Positions 11,840-24,357 of a DNA stretch of 64,000 nucleotides are shown one piece after another. Origin of the DNA: Squalus acanthias. Its lineage: Eukaryota. Numbering within the stretch: position 1 is the stretch's first letter; every line of letters starts with the position of its first letter. Location: the NCBI GenBank assembly GCA_030390025.1, contig CM059432.1, forward strand, positions 115,260,001-115,324,000, read 5' to 3'. A program made the position numbers and the translations under genes. The notes below the pieces were generated by a model. That model worked only from the letters and a program-made list of their open reading frames with translations. It was not told the origin of the DNA and ran no database searches.

Positions 11840-13842
11840 GGCCGCAATTTTCTTTACCTGGGCGGGGTGGGTCGGGTGCGGGCGGTCGTTGTGGCGGGTC
11901 GCGACCCTGTTCTTGATTGCAGAAATCAACTTTGTGCTAATGGGGCCTATTAAGTCCGCCCTGTGCATTACCCGGCCCTATTAAATGGTGTAGGTCTGGT
12001 GACATCATCGATGATGCATTTTCAGCCGGGATATTTAAAGGAGCCATGGTCACATTGCATTTGAAGGTTCATCTAGGAGTGTGCAGTCACTGCACTGGAG
12101 GTTTTGATTGCTCCAAACACTTGTAGACATGATTGCACAGAGACAGAGGGCTGCACTCAGGCTCTCCGATGACTGCCTCCATATGCTTGTGGAGGGAGTC
12201 AGAGCACGCAGGGAGGTCCTGTTCCCTTCTAATGGGTGCAAGAGACCTCCCCAAGAGACCAAAGGAGCCTGGCTCCAAATAGCAGAGGAGGTCAACACAA
12301 GGGATGTGGTCAGGAGGACCTGGGTACAGTGCCGGAAATGTTTCAATGATCTCATTAGAACAGGAAAGGTGAGTACAAAGCCACACTCAACTTCATCCTG
12401 CTGCGCCTCTCATCACATCCCCATCACTCTGCCTTCCCAACCCTACTCCTGCACATCCTTACTCACACCAACATACCTTGCACGTCCACCCATCCCTCTC
12501 TCTCTATCTACATTATCACATCCCCATCTTACTAGCCACCCCTCACACTCACCATCATCCTAGTGCAATCATACCAACTAACAACACACAAGAAGGCCAC
12601 TTGGCATTGCCACCCCACCCCTTCATAGTCACCCTCTAAAGATGTAACCCATCCATTCCTTACACTCATTCCACACTCTCACTCAACCTCTTCTTTCCCT
12701 CCTTGCAGGAAAAGAGAGCCCAAAATAATAGGGAGAGAACCGGAGGTGGGCTTTCATCATTTGCCACCCTCATAACAGCAGAGGAGGCTGTGTTCGAAGT
12801 ATCGGGAGTGGCCGAGCAGCTGGAGGTGGGAGACGGAGAGAGGGGGACATCTCAGCAGCCTGGTGACAGAATTACATCTCATACAGCCACATGGCATACG
12901 TCAGTCACTCATATGGGGACTGATGTCAGCAGCCAGTGAATGGTCATCATGTGCATAATGGTATCTGTACCCATTCTTCATATCTAACTCATCTCTTTAC
13001 TCTCCCACAGGTCCATCAAGAGCCCCCCCCCCCCCCCCGCAACTATCCAGGATGAAGAGGAAGATGAATCTTCAATGGGGCCTCCAGCCTCTGAGGGCAC
13101 AGCGTCACCAGACATAAGCCCACCCAGCACCAGCGCAGATACGCACACCTCGGTGGGTGTCACGCGAGATAGAGTAGTGTTGTCACCTGGTCTGTCACAA
13201 CTCACAAGTGAGCAAGAGCAGATGGTGGAGACTCCTCGCCAGAGGGCGCAGGATGCTCCCAGCTCTGCGCAGGTGCATGCAGACACTGAGCCTCAGGGGC
13301 CATTCAGAAGGAGGGCGATCCTGGAGGTGCAGGAAGAAGTGCAGGAGGCTCTGACAGGTTTTGCAACCTCAATGTCTGCAAATGTGCAGAGAATGGAGGA
13401 GTCCATCTGCAACATGAGCACCACCGTGTCACAGGCGGTGGTGACTGTAGGCTCTTCCATGGATAGGATGGCCACCTGCATGGAGCAGCTAATGTGCCAC
13501 TTACAGGAGCACATGTCTCTATGGAGAATAGATGGCAGATGCTCATAGACCTCCTCTTTAGGAGGGATGTCAGCGTAGACGTGGGTGCTCTCCAGCTCCT
13601 TGCTAGCAGGGAAGTGCGGGTGGCCCATGAGAGGGATGATGGTGAGAGGGGACATGGAAGTGGGGACTCTTCTCAAAGATCTCACACTTCTCTCCCCGTT
13701 GCTTCCCCCTCAGTCAGAGCCCCAGATGCCTCCTCGGACATCGATGGCTGAGTCTGCCCCTGCACAGTCGCAGGAGGAGCAGACTTTGGCGGGGCCATCA
13801 CAGGCTCCAAAACCCAGAGGATATCCACCAAGAGTGTCTAAG
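11840..13842 (+). mobile_element. Harbinger transposon left arm, truncated by CR1
   Basis: Starts GGCCGCAATTTT; homologous to 26410-27150; carries a Myb/SANT-like gene; right TIR not found. Confidence 0.85.
12129..13840 (+). pseudogene. Three-exon Harbinger Myb/SANT-like DNA-binding protein gene (exons 12129-12368, 12709-12862, 13011-~13840)
   Basis: Exon 1 (LVEGVRARREVLF..AWLQIAEEVN..RTWVQCRKCFNDL) ends AAG|GTGAGT; TTGCAG| acceptor; exon 2 EKRAQN..TGGG ends G|GTGACA; CCACAG| acceptor. Frameshift in the C16 run (13023-13038) and further shifts downstream. Confidence 0.85.
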
Positions 13843-14306
13843 CATAAGAACATAAGAAATAGTAGCAGGAGTAGGCCATTTGGCCAGTCGAGCCTGCTCC
13901 GTCATTCAATAAGATCATGGCTGGTCTTCTACCTCAACTTCACTTTCCTGCACTATCCCCATATCCCTTGATTCCCTTAATATCTAAAAATCTATCGATC
14001 TCTGTCTTAAATATACTCAACGACTGAGCCTCCATAGCCCTCTGGGGTAGAGAATTCCAAAGATTCACCACCCTCCGAATGAAGAAATTTCTCCTCATCT
14101 CAGTCCTAAATGGCCGACCCCTTATTCTGAGACTGTGACCCCTGGTTCTAGACTCCCCAGCCAGGGGAAACATCCTCCCTGCATCTACCCTGTCAAGCCC
14201 TGTAAGAGTTTTGTATGTTTCAATGAGATCACCTCTCATTCTTCTAAACTCCAGAGAATATAGGCCTAGTCTACTCAATCTCTCCTCATAGGACAATCCC
14301 CCCACC

Positions 14307-16441
14307 CTCAGCAAAGGCCTGAGCTTCATCCCCTTACGCCCCCATCTCAATGAATTTCGAGCTCGGCACGATGCTGAGCTCTTCTTCCACCGCCTCCGTC
14401 TCCGTGCCCACTTCTCTGGCCAGGAGTCTTCCCCCCGCACGGCTGACCCTTTCTCCCGCTTTCAGAATTCTCGTTCCACCTGGACCCCTCCCTCTGGCCT
14501 CTTACCCTCTCTAGATCTTTTCATTGCTAACTGCCGCCGTGGCATCAGCCAGCTCAATTTCTCTGCTCCCCTCACTCACTCCAACCTACCTCCCTCTGAA
14601 CTTGCAGCACTCCATTCTCTCCGATCCAACCCTGACATTGTCATTAAACCTGCTGACAAGGGTGGTGCTGTTGTTGTTTGGCGAACCGACCTCTACCTAG
14701 CGGAAGTTGAATGCCAACTCTCCGACACCTCCTCCTACCTCCACCTGGACCATGACCCCACTACCGAACATCAAGCCACCGTGTCCAAGACTGTCACTGA
14801 CCTCATCTCCTCTGGAGATCTTCCCCCCACGGCCGCAAACCTCATAGTTCCCCAACCCCGCACAGCCCGCTTCTACCTCCTTCCCAAGATCCACAAACAG
14901 GACTGCCCCGGTAGACCCATCGTTTCAGCCTGTTCTTGCCCCACGGAACTTCTCTCTTCCTATCTCGACTCTATTTTTTCTCCCCTTGTCCAGTCTCTTC
15001 CCACCTACATCCGCGACTCTTCCGACGCCCTCCGCCATTTTAACAGTTTCCCGGCCCCAACCGTCTCCTCTTCACTATGGACGTACAATCCCTCTACACC
15101 TCCATTCCCCACCAGGATGGCCTGAGGGCGCTCCGCTTCTTCCTTGAACAGAGGCCCAACCAGTCCCCATCCACTACCACCCTCCTCCGCCTGGCTGAAC
15201 TTGTTCTCACATTGAACAACTTCTCCTTTGACTCTACCCATTTCCTCCAAATTAAAGGTGTTGCTATGGGTACCCGCATGGGTCCTAGCTATGCCTGCCT
15301 TTTCGTGGGATATGTGGAACACTCTTTGTTCCAGTCCTACTCGGGTCCCCTCCCTCACCTCTTTTTCCGGTACATTGATGACTGTATCGGTGCCGTCCCC
15401 TGCTCTCGCCCTGAACTGGAACATTTCATTCACTATGCTTCCAATTTCCACCCTTCTCTCACCTTCACATGGTCCATCTCCGACTCTTCCCTTCCCTTCC
15501 TCGACTTCTCCATCTCCATCTCTGGGAATAGGTTATTGACTAACATTCACTACAAGCCCACTGACTCCCACAGCTACCTGGACTACACTTCCTCCCACCC
15601 CGCCTCCTGTAAGGACTCTATTCCATTCTCCCAGTTTCTCCGTCTCCGCCGCATCTGCTCTGATGATGCCACCTTCCATACCAGTGCTTCCGACATGTCT
15701 TCCTTTTTCCTCAACCGAAGATTCCCCTCTACCGTGGTCGACACGGCCCTCGACCGTGTCCGTTCTATCTCCCGCACTTCTGCCCTCACCCCTGCCCCTC
15801 CCTCCCGGAACCACGATAGGGTTCCCCTTGTCCTCACCTTTCACCCCACCAGCCTCCACATTCAACGGATCATCCTCCGCCATTTCCGCCACCTCCAGCG
15901 TGATCCCACCACCAAACGCATCTTCCCCTCACCTCCCCTTTCAGCATTCCGCAGGGACCGCTCCCTCCGCGACACCCTAGTCCACTCCTCTACCACCCCC
16001 AGCAACCCTTCCCCTTCGCCCGTCACCTTCCCGTGCACGCGCAGGAGATGCAACACATGCCCTTATACCTCCCCTCTTCCCACTGTCCAGGGCCCCAAAC
16101 ACCCCTTCCAGGTGAAACAGCGATTTACTTGTACTTCCTGCAATTTAGTATACTGTATTCGCTGCTCACGATGTGGTCTCCTCTACATTGGGGAGACCAA
16201 ACGCAGATTGGGTGACCACTTTGCGGAACACCTCCGTTCAGTCCGTAAGGGGGACCCCGAGCTCCCGGTGGCCTGTCACTTTAATTCACCGCTTCACTCC
16301 CACTCTGACCTCACCGTCCTCGGCCTATTACACTGTTCCACGGAAGCGCAGCGTAAGCTCGAGGAACAGCACCTCATCTTTCGTTTAGGCACGCTACAGC
16401 CCTCTGGACTCAATATCGAGTTCAACAATTTTAGATCATAA
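14307..16441 (+). pseudogene. Penelope RT + GIY-YIG endonuclease ORF with one frameshift at ~15050
   Basis: LSKGLSFIP, KPADKGG, LPKIHK..GRPIVS, MDVQSLYTSIP, GVAMGT, RYIDD, LPFLD, VYCIRC..LYIGETKR..EH. Confidence 0.93.
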
Positions 16442-16724
16442 CCTCAGCTCCAATCACATTTATATTTTATTTTTTCATCCACCCTTTTATTTGGCGCCCC
16501 CCCCCCACTTTTTTTTCCTCCTAGAAGCTGGCAGCTGTCCTTCATTCTGCCAGTGGATTTCACACTTCTTTCAGCCTTAACCTGTCACATCAACACCACC
16601 TCTTGCCTTGCATATCTCTTAATGTCTCTTAATGTCTCTTTATCTCCCCTTTTGTTTCTTTATCCCCTCCCCCTTTTCCCAGCTTTATCCTGGCCTTAAA
16701 TCTATTTGATTTCCGGCTCTTTCC

Positions 16725-16761
16725 AGTTCTGACGAAAGGTCATCGACCTGAAACGTTAACT
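16725..16761 (+). ncRNA. Minimal hammerhead ribozyme motif in the Penelope pseudo-LTR
   Basis: AGTT-CTGACGA-A-AGGTC-ATC-GACCT-GAAA-CG-TT-AACT: stem I AGTT/AACT, stem II AGGTC/GACCT, palindromic ACGT stem III. Confidence 0.8.
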
Positions 16762-19700
16762 CTCTTTCTCTCTCCACGGATGTTGTCTGGCCTGCTGAGT
16801 TTTTCCAGCGTTTTCTGTTGTTATTCTGGTAAACCTTCGTTGCACTCCCTCTAAGGCAAGTATATCCTTCCTTAGGTAAGGAGACCAAAACTGTACACAG
16901 TACTCCAGGTGTTGTCTCACCAAAGCCCTATATAATTGCAGTGCAACTTCTTTACTCTTATACTCCAATCCTTTCGTAATAAAGGCTAACATACCATTTG
17001 CTTTCCTAATTGTTTGCTGTACCTGCATGTTAACTTTCAGTGATTCGTGTACAAGGACACCCAGGTCCCTCTGAACACCAACATTTCCCAATCTCTCACC
17101 ATTTAAAAAAATTCTGCTTTTCTATTTTTCCTACCAAAGTAGATAACTTCACATTTATCCACATTATATTCCACTTGCCATGTTCTTGCCCACTCACTTA
17201 GCTTGTCTATATCCCTTTGCAGCCTCTTTGTGTCCTCCTCACAAATTACTTGTCCGCCAAGCTCTGTATCATCAGCAAACTTGGATACATTACACTCGGT
17301 CCCCTCATCTAAGTCATTGATATATATTGTAAATAGCTGAGGCCCAAGCACTGATCCTTGCTGCACCCCACTAGTTACAGCCTGCCAACCCAAAAATTAT
17401 CCATTTATTCCTACCCTCTGTTTTCTGTCCGTTAACCAATCCTCAATCCATGCTAATATATTACCCCCAATCCCATGATCCCTAATTTTGTGTAATAACC
17501 TCTTGTGTGGCACCTTGTCGAATGCTTTCTGAAAATCCAAATACACCACATCCACTGGTTCCCTCTTATCTACCCTGCTAGTTACAACCTCAAAAAACTC
17601 TATTAGATTTGTCAAACACGATTTCCCTTTCATAAATCTGTGTTGACTCTGCCCAGTCATATTATGATTTTCTAAATGCCCTGTTATCACGTCCCTAATA
17701 ATAGATTCTAGCATTTTCCCTACTACTGATGTTAGGCTAACTGGCCTCTAGTTCCGTTTTCTCTCTCCATCCTTTCTTGAATAGCGGTGTTACATTTGCT
17801 ACCTTCCAATTCACAGGGACCGTTCTAGAATCTAGGGAATTCTGGAAGATCAAAACCAATGTATCCACTATCTCTGCAGCCACCTCTTTCAAAACCCTAG
17901 GATGTAGGTCATCAGGTCCAGGTGATGTTGCTAGTTTGAGGCCTCACCTTGAGTTTTCCCCAGATTAAGGTTTACAGATAAATACTATTCATTATAACAT
18001 AAAGTCATAAAAATTAAAAATTCTGACTAGGATGCTTCGACCTACTCATTGGGGCTGATAGATTGGATCAGACGCTGGCTGTGTCTGCACCACACTGAGC
18101 TGACTCACAATGTACAACGCAAGGTCAGTTCATTTAAATATTTTTGGTACGTTCCCAATGTCCCTCGCGTGGAGTGCTGATAGCACCATGGAAGTGAGGG
18201 CCAGAATGTTGGGGACTAACAGCTATGGAAGGGCAGCTGGCTGCCCTGAAAGCACCACCACTGTTTTTTTTTTAAAAACCCACGACATACAAAGATCTAT
18301 TTGAAGAATAACTGCTGAAGGCCAGACAAATGACGGACATAAATTCTGAATGGCCACTCAGGACAAAAAGAAAATTAGATCTGGTTTCCCCTTCAGCACT
18401 CATTCTTAATGAATGCTGAGTGTCTGGAGGACCCCAAATTTAAATACAACTTGTGACCTTAATGAGCTTCATGCCTGGCACCCCATTGTAGTGCACTGAT
18501 CCCATGAAACACAGAGCAGTCCCCAAGCTTCACATCCATTATGTGAGCTCCTGAGCTTGAATCACTGCTATCTTTAGGTGCCTTCCATTTCACTAAACTA
18601 TTTCTAGACCAGGACTTGCTTATTTACCCAATTTACATTTAGTAAAGCAGCCACATTTTTATTTATTGTTCCACAGAGAGAGGACTAGATTTTATGTCCA
18701 CTGACTAAGGAGAAGATATAGCTCTCTAGAGAGGGAGGGAGAGAGAAAGAGAGATCAAGAGACTGAGAACTTGAAAAGAATAACTGTTCATATAAATAGA
18801 TTTATTTAAGCAGCCGTGTTATCTATTTATTTATCTAGTTGCACTTAGGTAAGAAATACACTATTTAATTTCCAGGAACAAGTCAAAAGTACTTCCTGCA
18901 CTATCTCTGGGCAAAACTGTTGTAACCTTGTTTCCAAATTCTTTCACTCAAAGTGTGCACCCTGCCCCAGTTCAATAATGCAGCAGCCCCTGAGAACAGC
19001 ATAATCTTAGAATCACCATGAGGAAATCCATAGGACGTCTCCTGGCATATGTGCAAAATTCTTACCTCTAGCATGCATTTTGTCTGTCATGTTCAAATTT
19101 CTTTCAAATGACCGGCCTCTAATCTTGTATTTATAAAACAACAAATCACTGAAGAGATAGAGAATGTACAACTGAAATACAAAGAAAATGGATTGATACC
19201 TCCAATAAGGAACTCCTAAGCGCTTATGCTAATGTTTGTTTCTTCGTTTTCATAAGTAAAATCTACCAATAAAAGAAAGGAGGAGAAGGTGAAGCAAGGA
19301 AATCGCTCCAAGCAATTTTTAAAAATCCTTTTGCTTTCCATCTTTGTCTCCCACTAAGTTGAGACTTACTATTGGAAGTAAAGGTTTGTAACATATTAAA
19401 GATATAAAAAATAAATGGAGTTTCTCCGCATTTGCACCTAGATACACCTGTAATCTAATTTTTTTAATTTATCCTCACTGACACCTGCTCTGTATTTTCT
19501 TTTGATTTGAAATCGAAAAACTTCCCGATTGCAGCAGGTTCTTAAACATGCTGTACTTGACGTGCTTGAATGATGGTTAAATGAGTTGAAACTTACATTT
19601 TAAGACTCAAAGAAGAAATATTCAGATGTGGGTTCGGTGTTTCCTTTGGGGCAGGATCTAATGAGCTTCTAACCCTTTGTTGTCACGTTAAAAAATTTTG

Positions 19701-21739
19701 ACAGAGGTTTATGTGGCTGTTTCGAGCTACCACCCCCCATAACCTTGTTAACAGAGTGATCAGTTACCTAGGAAAGTGACAACTGACAAATTGAGCATGT
19801 CTTCAGAAACAGTGAATAATTTTCGGCTGGAATGGCCCACTTGCCACTGAGGCAGTAAGGTTCTTCTGACTCCTCTTCACCAAGCATATGCACATAGCAG
19901 ACGCCCAACGAGTTCCTGTAATTGTCCGGATGCCCAACCCCTCTATGCAATTGGAAATTACTCCATCGCTGAAATCTGGGACAAGGTCAAGGTCGAGCAG
20001 ACTGGCAGCCAGAAGCCCGATCCACAGCATTTCTGGCAATGGAGCAGGTCTCCAGGAATTTCAAGCCCTTAAGTCTTGGGCTTTTTCTGAGGTAACTTTG
20101 AAAGCAAAAACAATGTATACTGTATACTGGCTGATCTCCTGCAACTACAGTTGGTAAGTGCAGTAAGAGAGCCAAAAACTGGCAAGTGATGAAAGACTTG
20201 GGTGGGAATGTCTCAGAGTGGGCTTGACCCAGAGTGGGCTTGTGGATTTTGTAATGTATTCCAAATGGTTACAGCAGCTGCATTTCCTTTATTTATGTTA
20301 CACGTAGGATTTCCACACCGTACCCACGCCACTTCAGAAGACGATTAATAGCAGTCACAACAGGCACTTTTCTCACAGACTAAGTTACCCAACCGATTTA
20401 TTCACAGAGTTGAGACGTCAGTCTGCAAACTTTACAACACATGCACAAATCCATTCAATTAGTCACCGGTGATGTTTAACAAGTACTGTCTGTGTCAAGG
20501 CGATTCCGATTAGATTATGGCATTGATTAATAGCTCGATGATACATGTTAATTATTGCTAGCACTTGGTGACTGTTTATCCAGATGCATGCATTTATTAT
20601 TAATCAACTGAATTGTCTTAACTGGCTTTTTATTTACATAGACGTCATGCTTCTGTACAAAAATAGCTTGAATGAAATGTAGCTACAAGACTAATAAAAA
20701 CATTTAAAATGTACACACAGAATACTCGACTGAAGAGGGAATGGTGCATATTTTATCTCACTCATAGTTTCCCACATTAGAACGGTGACTACACTTCAAA
20801 AAGTACTCCATTGTCTGTAAAGCGCGTAGGAACATCCTGAAAGCCACTGTAGAAATGCAAGTCTTTCTTTTATAAAGTAGATTTACATAAATCACTTTTT
20901 TAGGCCAACTGTAACATGGTTCTGCCCTTTTTCCTCTAGTTATTTAATAAACTTTATTTGACATTTTCTCTCCCCAAGAAAGTGATGACTAACTGCAATA
21001 AATAACAATCCCAGCTGGCTCCAGCTAATTCCCACTCCTCGTGCTACACTTCCTGGAATGAGTTTGAGGGTGCTTTCACATTACAACAGCGCAATCGATG
21101 ACAGATACACTCTTCTTCCACAATTGGCTGCATTCTCAAATTTAAGCAACCCAATCATAGAGAATCAATGGCACTGTAGATTCAGGAAAGTGTTGGAAGG
21201 AAAGAAAGAACTACATTTATAACTGCATGGTGTCTGGGGGTATACCTCGGTGTTGTCTGGAACTATGGTGTTGTTTCAAAAGTCATACTTCAGCAGGAAA
21301 AAATGGGGATCTATTTATCAAATCTCACCGCCATGTCAGATTGAACTTAATGGAACTGAAAATCAGGAGAGATGAACAACAGGCAGCTGAATTGATATCG
21401 CCCATTTTACACGATCACCCATATTCAGAATGAATCCCATTGTGTATCAATTAGAATCAAACTGCATTTCACTTTCTCTTCAGTTTTTGCTGAATTTTTC
21501 ATTCATCAAACTGAGGGATGTCAGTCCTGGGGAGATGGAACATTTTCCACCCATCAGGTTCACCCAATCCTGGTATTGCACAGTTTGGATACAGATTAAA
21601 CCTTGTCACACTCACCTAGTGGGTGAGGCAAATTAAATACCGGCACCTCAGTCAGATATCTCAGCGGTTCTACTGACTGCACGTACTGGGTGTTTCAGCG
21701 TGGGCTGGAATTCATGCCTTCTGTATAGGCACAATGAGA

Positions 21740-23220
21740 TTTTGAAGTTTGAAGGAAACTCGAGCTGAGAGAGGCCAGTGGAGTGTGAAAGGCCAGAATA
21801 GTTGAGTTCGAGTCTCAGCGGGAGTGCCGCCTTGAGGTGCCGTTGGACAGGATTTTTTTTCCCCCTAAAATTAAACTTGTGTGATGTGAGTAAGAGAAGT
21901 TTGATTCTGGCGAGAGTTTGGTGCTAGTGGGAGTTCAAACTAACATTGTCTTCAGCTTTTGATTAAAACACAAAGGGATGGCAGGGCGTGATGTGTGTGG
22001 AGTGCAATATGTGGGCCATCATGGATCATCAGTGTATCCTGGGGCAGCACATTTGCACAAAGTGTCGGAAAATTAAGGCCTCGATATTGACAGGGGTGGG
22101 TTGCATAAGAAGGGCGGTGGGGGGGTGGAAGGTCAGGAGTTTTGGTCCACCGCATGTTGTGGGAGACCCAGCCAGCCAGGGTGACAGGTTAAATGTGGGG
22201 CTCCCAGCCTAATGGCCAACCCGCCTCCTGGGAGCAGGTTGGCTGCCCGCCCCCTGTCCTACCTCTGTTAAATCTGGAAGTGGGCGGGTTGGAGGCGGGT
22301 TTGAGATTTCAAAAATTTTTACATTTCACCCGACCCCCAAACCACCCGTTTTTGGGGTTACATTTATCCCCTAAGTATCTGGAGCAGAGGATCTCTGTGC
22401 AGCAGCAGCAACTGACCGCACTCTACAGCAGAGAGGATGAGGGGGGTTCAGGATCATGCTCTCCAGAATGTGGTCACCCAAGAAGCAATGCTCGACAGGT
22501 CAGGCACAGGGATAATACCGAAGAAGAGATATGGGTGACCATGTGCTGGGGCAGCAGAGGGAGACAGGATGCACAGATGCAGGGAACCCTTATACTAACT
22601 GGAATTGTCCAATAGATAATTAGTGGTGAAATACATGAGATGGAAGTGACAGTGACTCAGAGGAAGGTGGTCCTGAGCAACATTGTGGCACAGTGGAACA
22701 ATGGATTTACCCAAGGTGATGAGAGGTAGGTAGACTACAAGAATAAGAGAGTGGTAGTACTGGGGGATTCTATAGTCAGGAGTATAGACAGCTTTTTTAG
22801 CTGTCGTGAACACATATCCTGAATAGTATGTTGCTTCCTTGGTGCCAGGGTGAAGGACATAATGGAACAAGTGAATAAACTTCTGGAAAGGGAGAAGAGC
22901 CCAAAGTTATACTCCATGTTGGAACCAATGACATAGGTAGAAGTACATTTGAGGTCTTAGAGTTAGGCAGTAGATTGAAAAGCAAGGCCTCCAAGGTGGT
23001 CATCCCTACCTGTGGCACACACTAGACAAGGTGATTAGGAAAGTCAATGTATGGCTGCAGAGCTGGTGCTGTAGCGAAGGATTTCACATTCTTGGCGCTT
23101 TGGGGTAATTTCTAGAACATGGGAAGGCTTTACTTGAACCAAAATGGCACCTGTGTCATTGCAGGGAGGATAATGAGAGCGGCAGGAGGACTTCACTAAT
23201 ATGGCAGGGGGTGGGGGAAG
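21740..23220 (+). mobile_element. Old CR1 5' region with ORF1 remnants (zinc finger + SGNH esterase)
   Basis: CVECNMW..HICTKC at ~21990-22066; VVLGDSIVR..VCCFLGARVKD..HVGTND at ~22750-22935; multiple stops. Confidence 0.8.
22077..22371. mobile_element. Small Harbinger-type MITE inside CR1 ORF1
   Basis: Begins GGCCTCGATAT, ends ..TTTATCCCC; TAA on both sides. Confidence 0.65.
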
Positions 23221-23355
23221 TCCAGATTTGCAACTAGAGGGACAGCAGGATTAATAAAGTAATTGGAATAGAAGTATCTCACTGAAATAAATTATGAGAA
23301 AATGCTATCACGGAAGAAAGGAAAAGAAATAGGCTATGAGGTAGTGGGATTTTAA

Positions 23356-23703
23356 AACATACGAATATAGGAACAGGAATAGTCCATTCAGCCCACAAGC
23401 CTTTTTTACCATTCAATTAGACCATGGCTGATTTGTACCTCAACTCCATTTCCCCGCCTTTGTTCCATATCCCTCGGTACCCTTACTCAACAAAAATCTA
23501 TCAATCTCAGTCTTGAAAATTTCAATTGACCCCCAGCATCCACAGCCTTTTGGGGGAGCGAGTTCTGTATTTCCACTACTCCGTGTGTGAAAAAGTGCTT
23601 CTACTCTGAAATGGCCTACCTCTAATACTAAGATAGTGCCCTCTTGTTTTACATTCCCCGACAGAGGATATAGTTTTTGTGTATCTACACTATCGAATCC
23701 CTT
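23356..23703 (-). mobile_element. CR1 3' end, degenerate
   Basis: Homologous to 13843-14200 (tail, ccattcaattagaccatggctgat..). Confidence 0.8.
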
Positions 23704-24357
23704 GTGAAACCACTTTGCATTGATCCAAACCTTGTAGTAGAATTGGTTTATTAGTGAAAGCCTGAATATGTGACCCCGTCCACATCTACTATGTAAGGCC
23801 TGTTTAAACTATTCCCTCCTAGAATTTTCTCATCACTACCTTTGTGATTCAAAATGTGCATTAAATAATAGTCCATGTTGTTCAACGGATCAATTCCAGG
23901 TGAAGCTCTGGTTGATGTGGCTTTGCGAAATGTGTGCTAGGAAGCTGCATGATATCTAACCCTTCTACTATTGTGTAAACTATTTTATGGAACCAGTGTG
24001 GAGATAATGCAAATGAGATAATAAACTGACATGAATGAAACTCCAATGACAACATTGCAACTGGAACGAGATTTCCCTCTCCGATTACTGCTGTAAACTT
24101 GCCTTTTTGGCAGTGTTACAAAACTTAAGAAAATGTCATGGGGAATCGATTGCCATTTTTTCCCCCCACAGTACACTGTGACTGACAGCAAATTTCAGCA
24201 TTGAATGGAGCCACTTTAATAGTTAAGCATGTGGAAGTGTTACATTTAAACCCCATAGAAATAGTAAAAACTACAGGCTTTGAAATATACCCAAACCACT
24301 CAGGGGTCATTTTTCACCTTCACTGCTTGGGCATGAATCGGGTGGAGCTGAAGGGAT

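Larger units (their letters stand above)
14307..16825 (+). mobile_element. Penelope-like retroelement, 5'-truncated, with 3' pseudo-LTR
   Basis: RT and GIY-YIG coding region, followed by a 3' region shared with 25767-26159 and 57660-58043. Confidence 0.95.
13843..17922 (-). mobile_element. CR1 LINE 3' fragment interrupted by a Penelope element
   Basis: (CATAAGAA)n tail at 13843; RGDLIETYK..LWNSLP at 13940-14300; [18 protein letters not shown] and LEYCVQFWSP at 16826-17714. Confidence 0.95.

Noticed and set aside
13940..14440. 166-aa ORF suggesting a fusion protein
   Set aside because: Antisense Penelope read into the CR1 C-terminus across an insertion junction; same for 16756-17091 and 13585-13971
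19672..19740. MGGGSSK myristoylation-like start on the minus strand
   Set aside because: Stop after 23 codons with no donor before it
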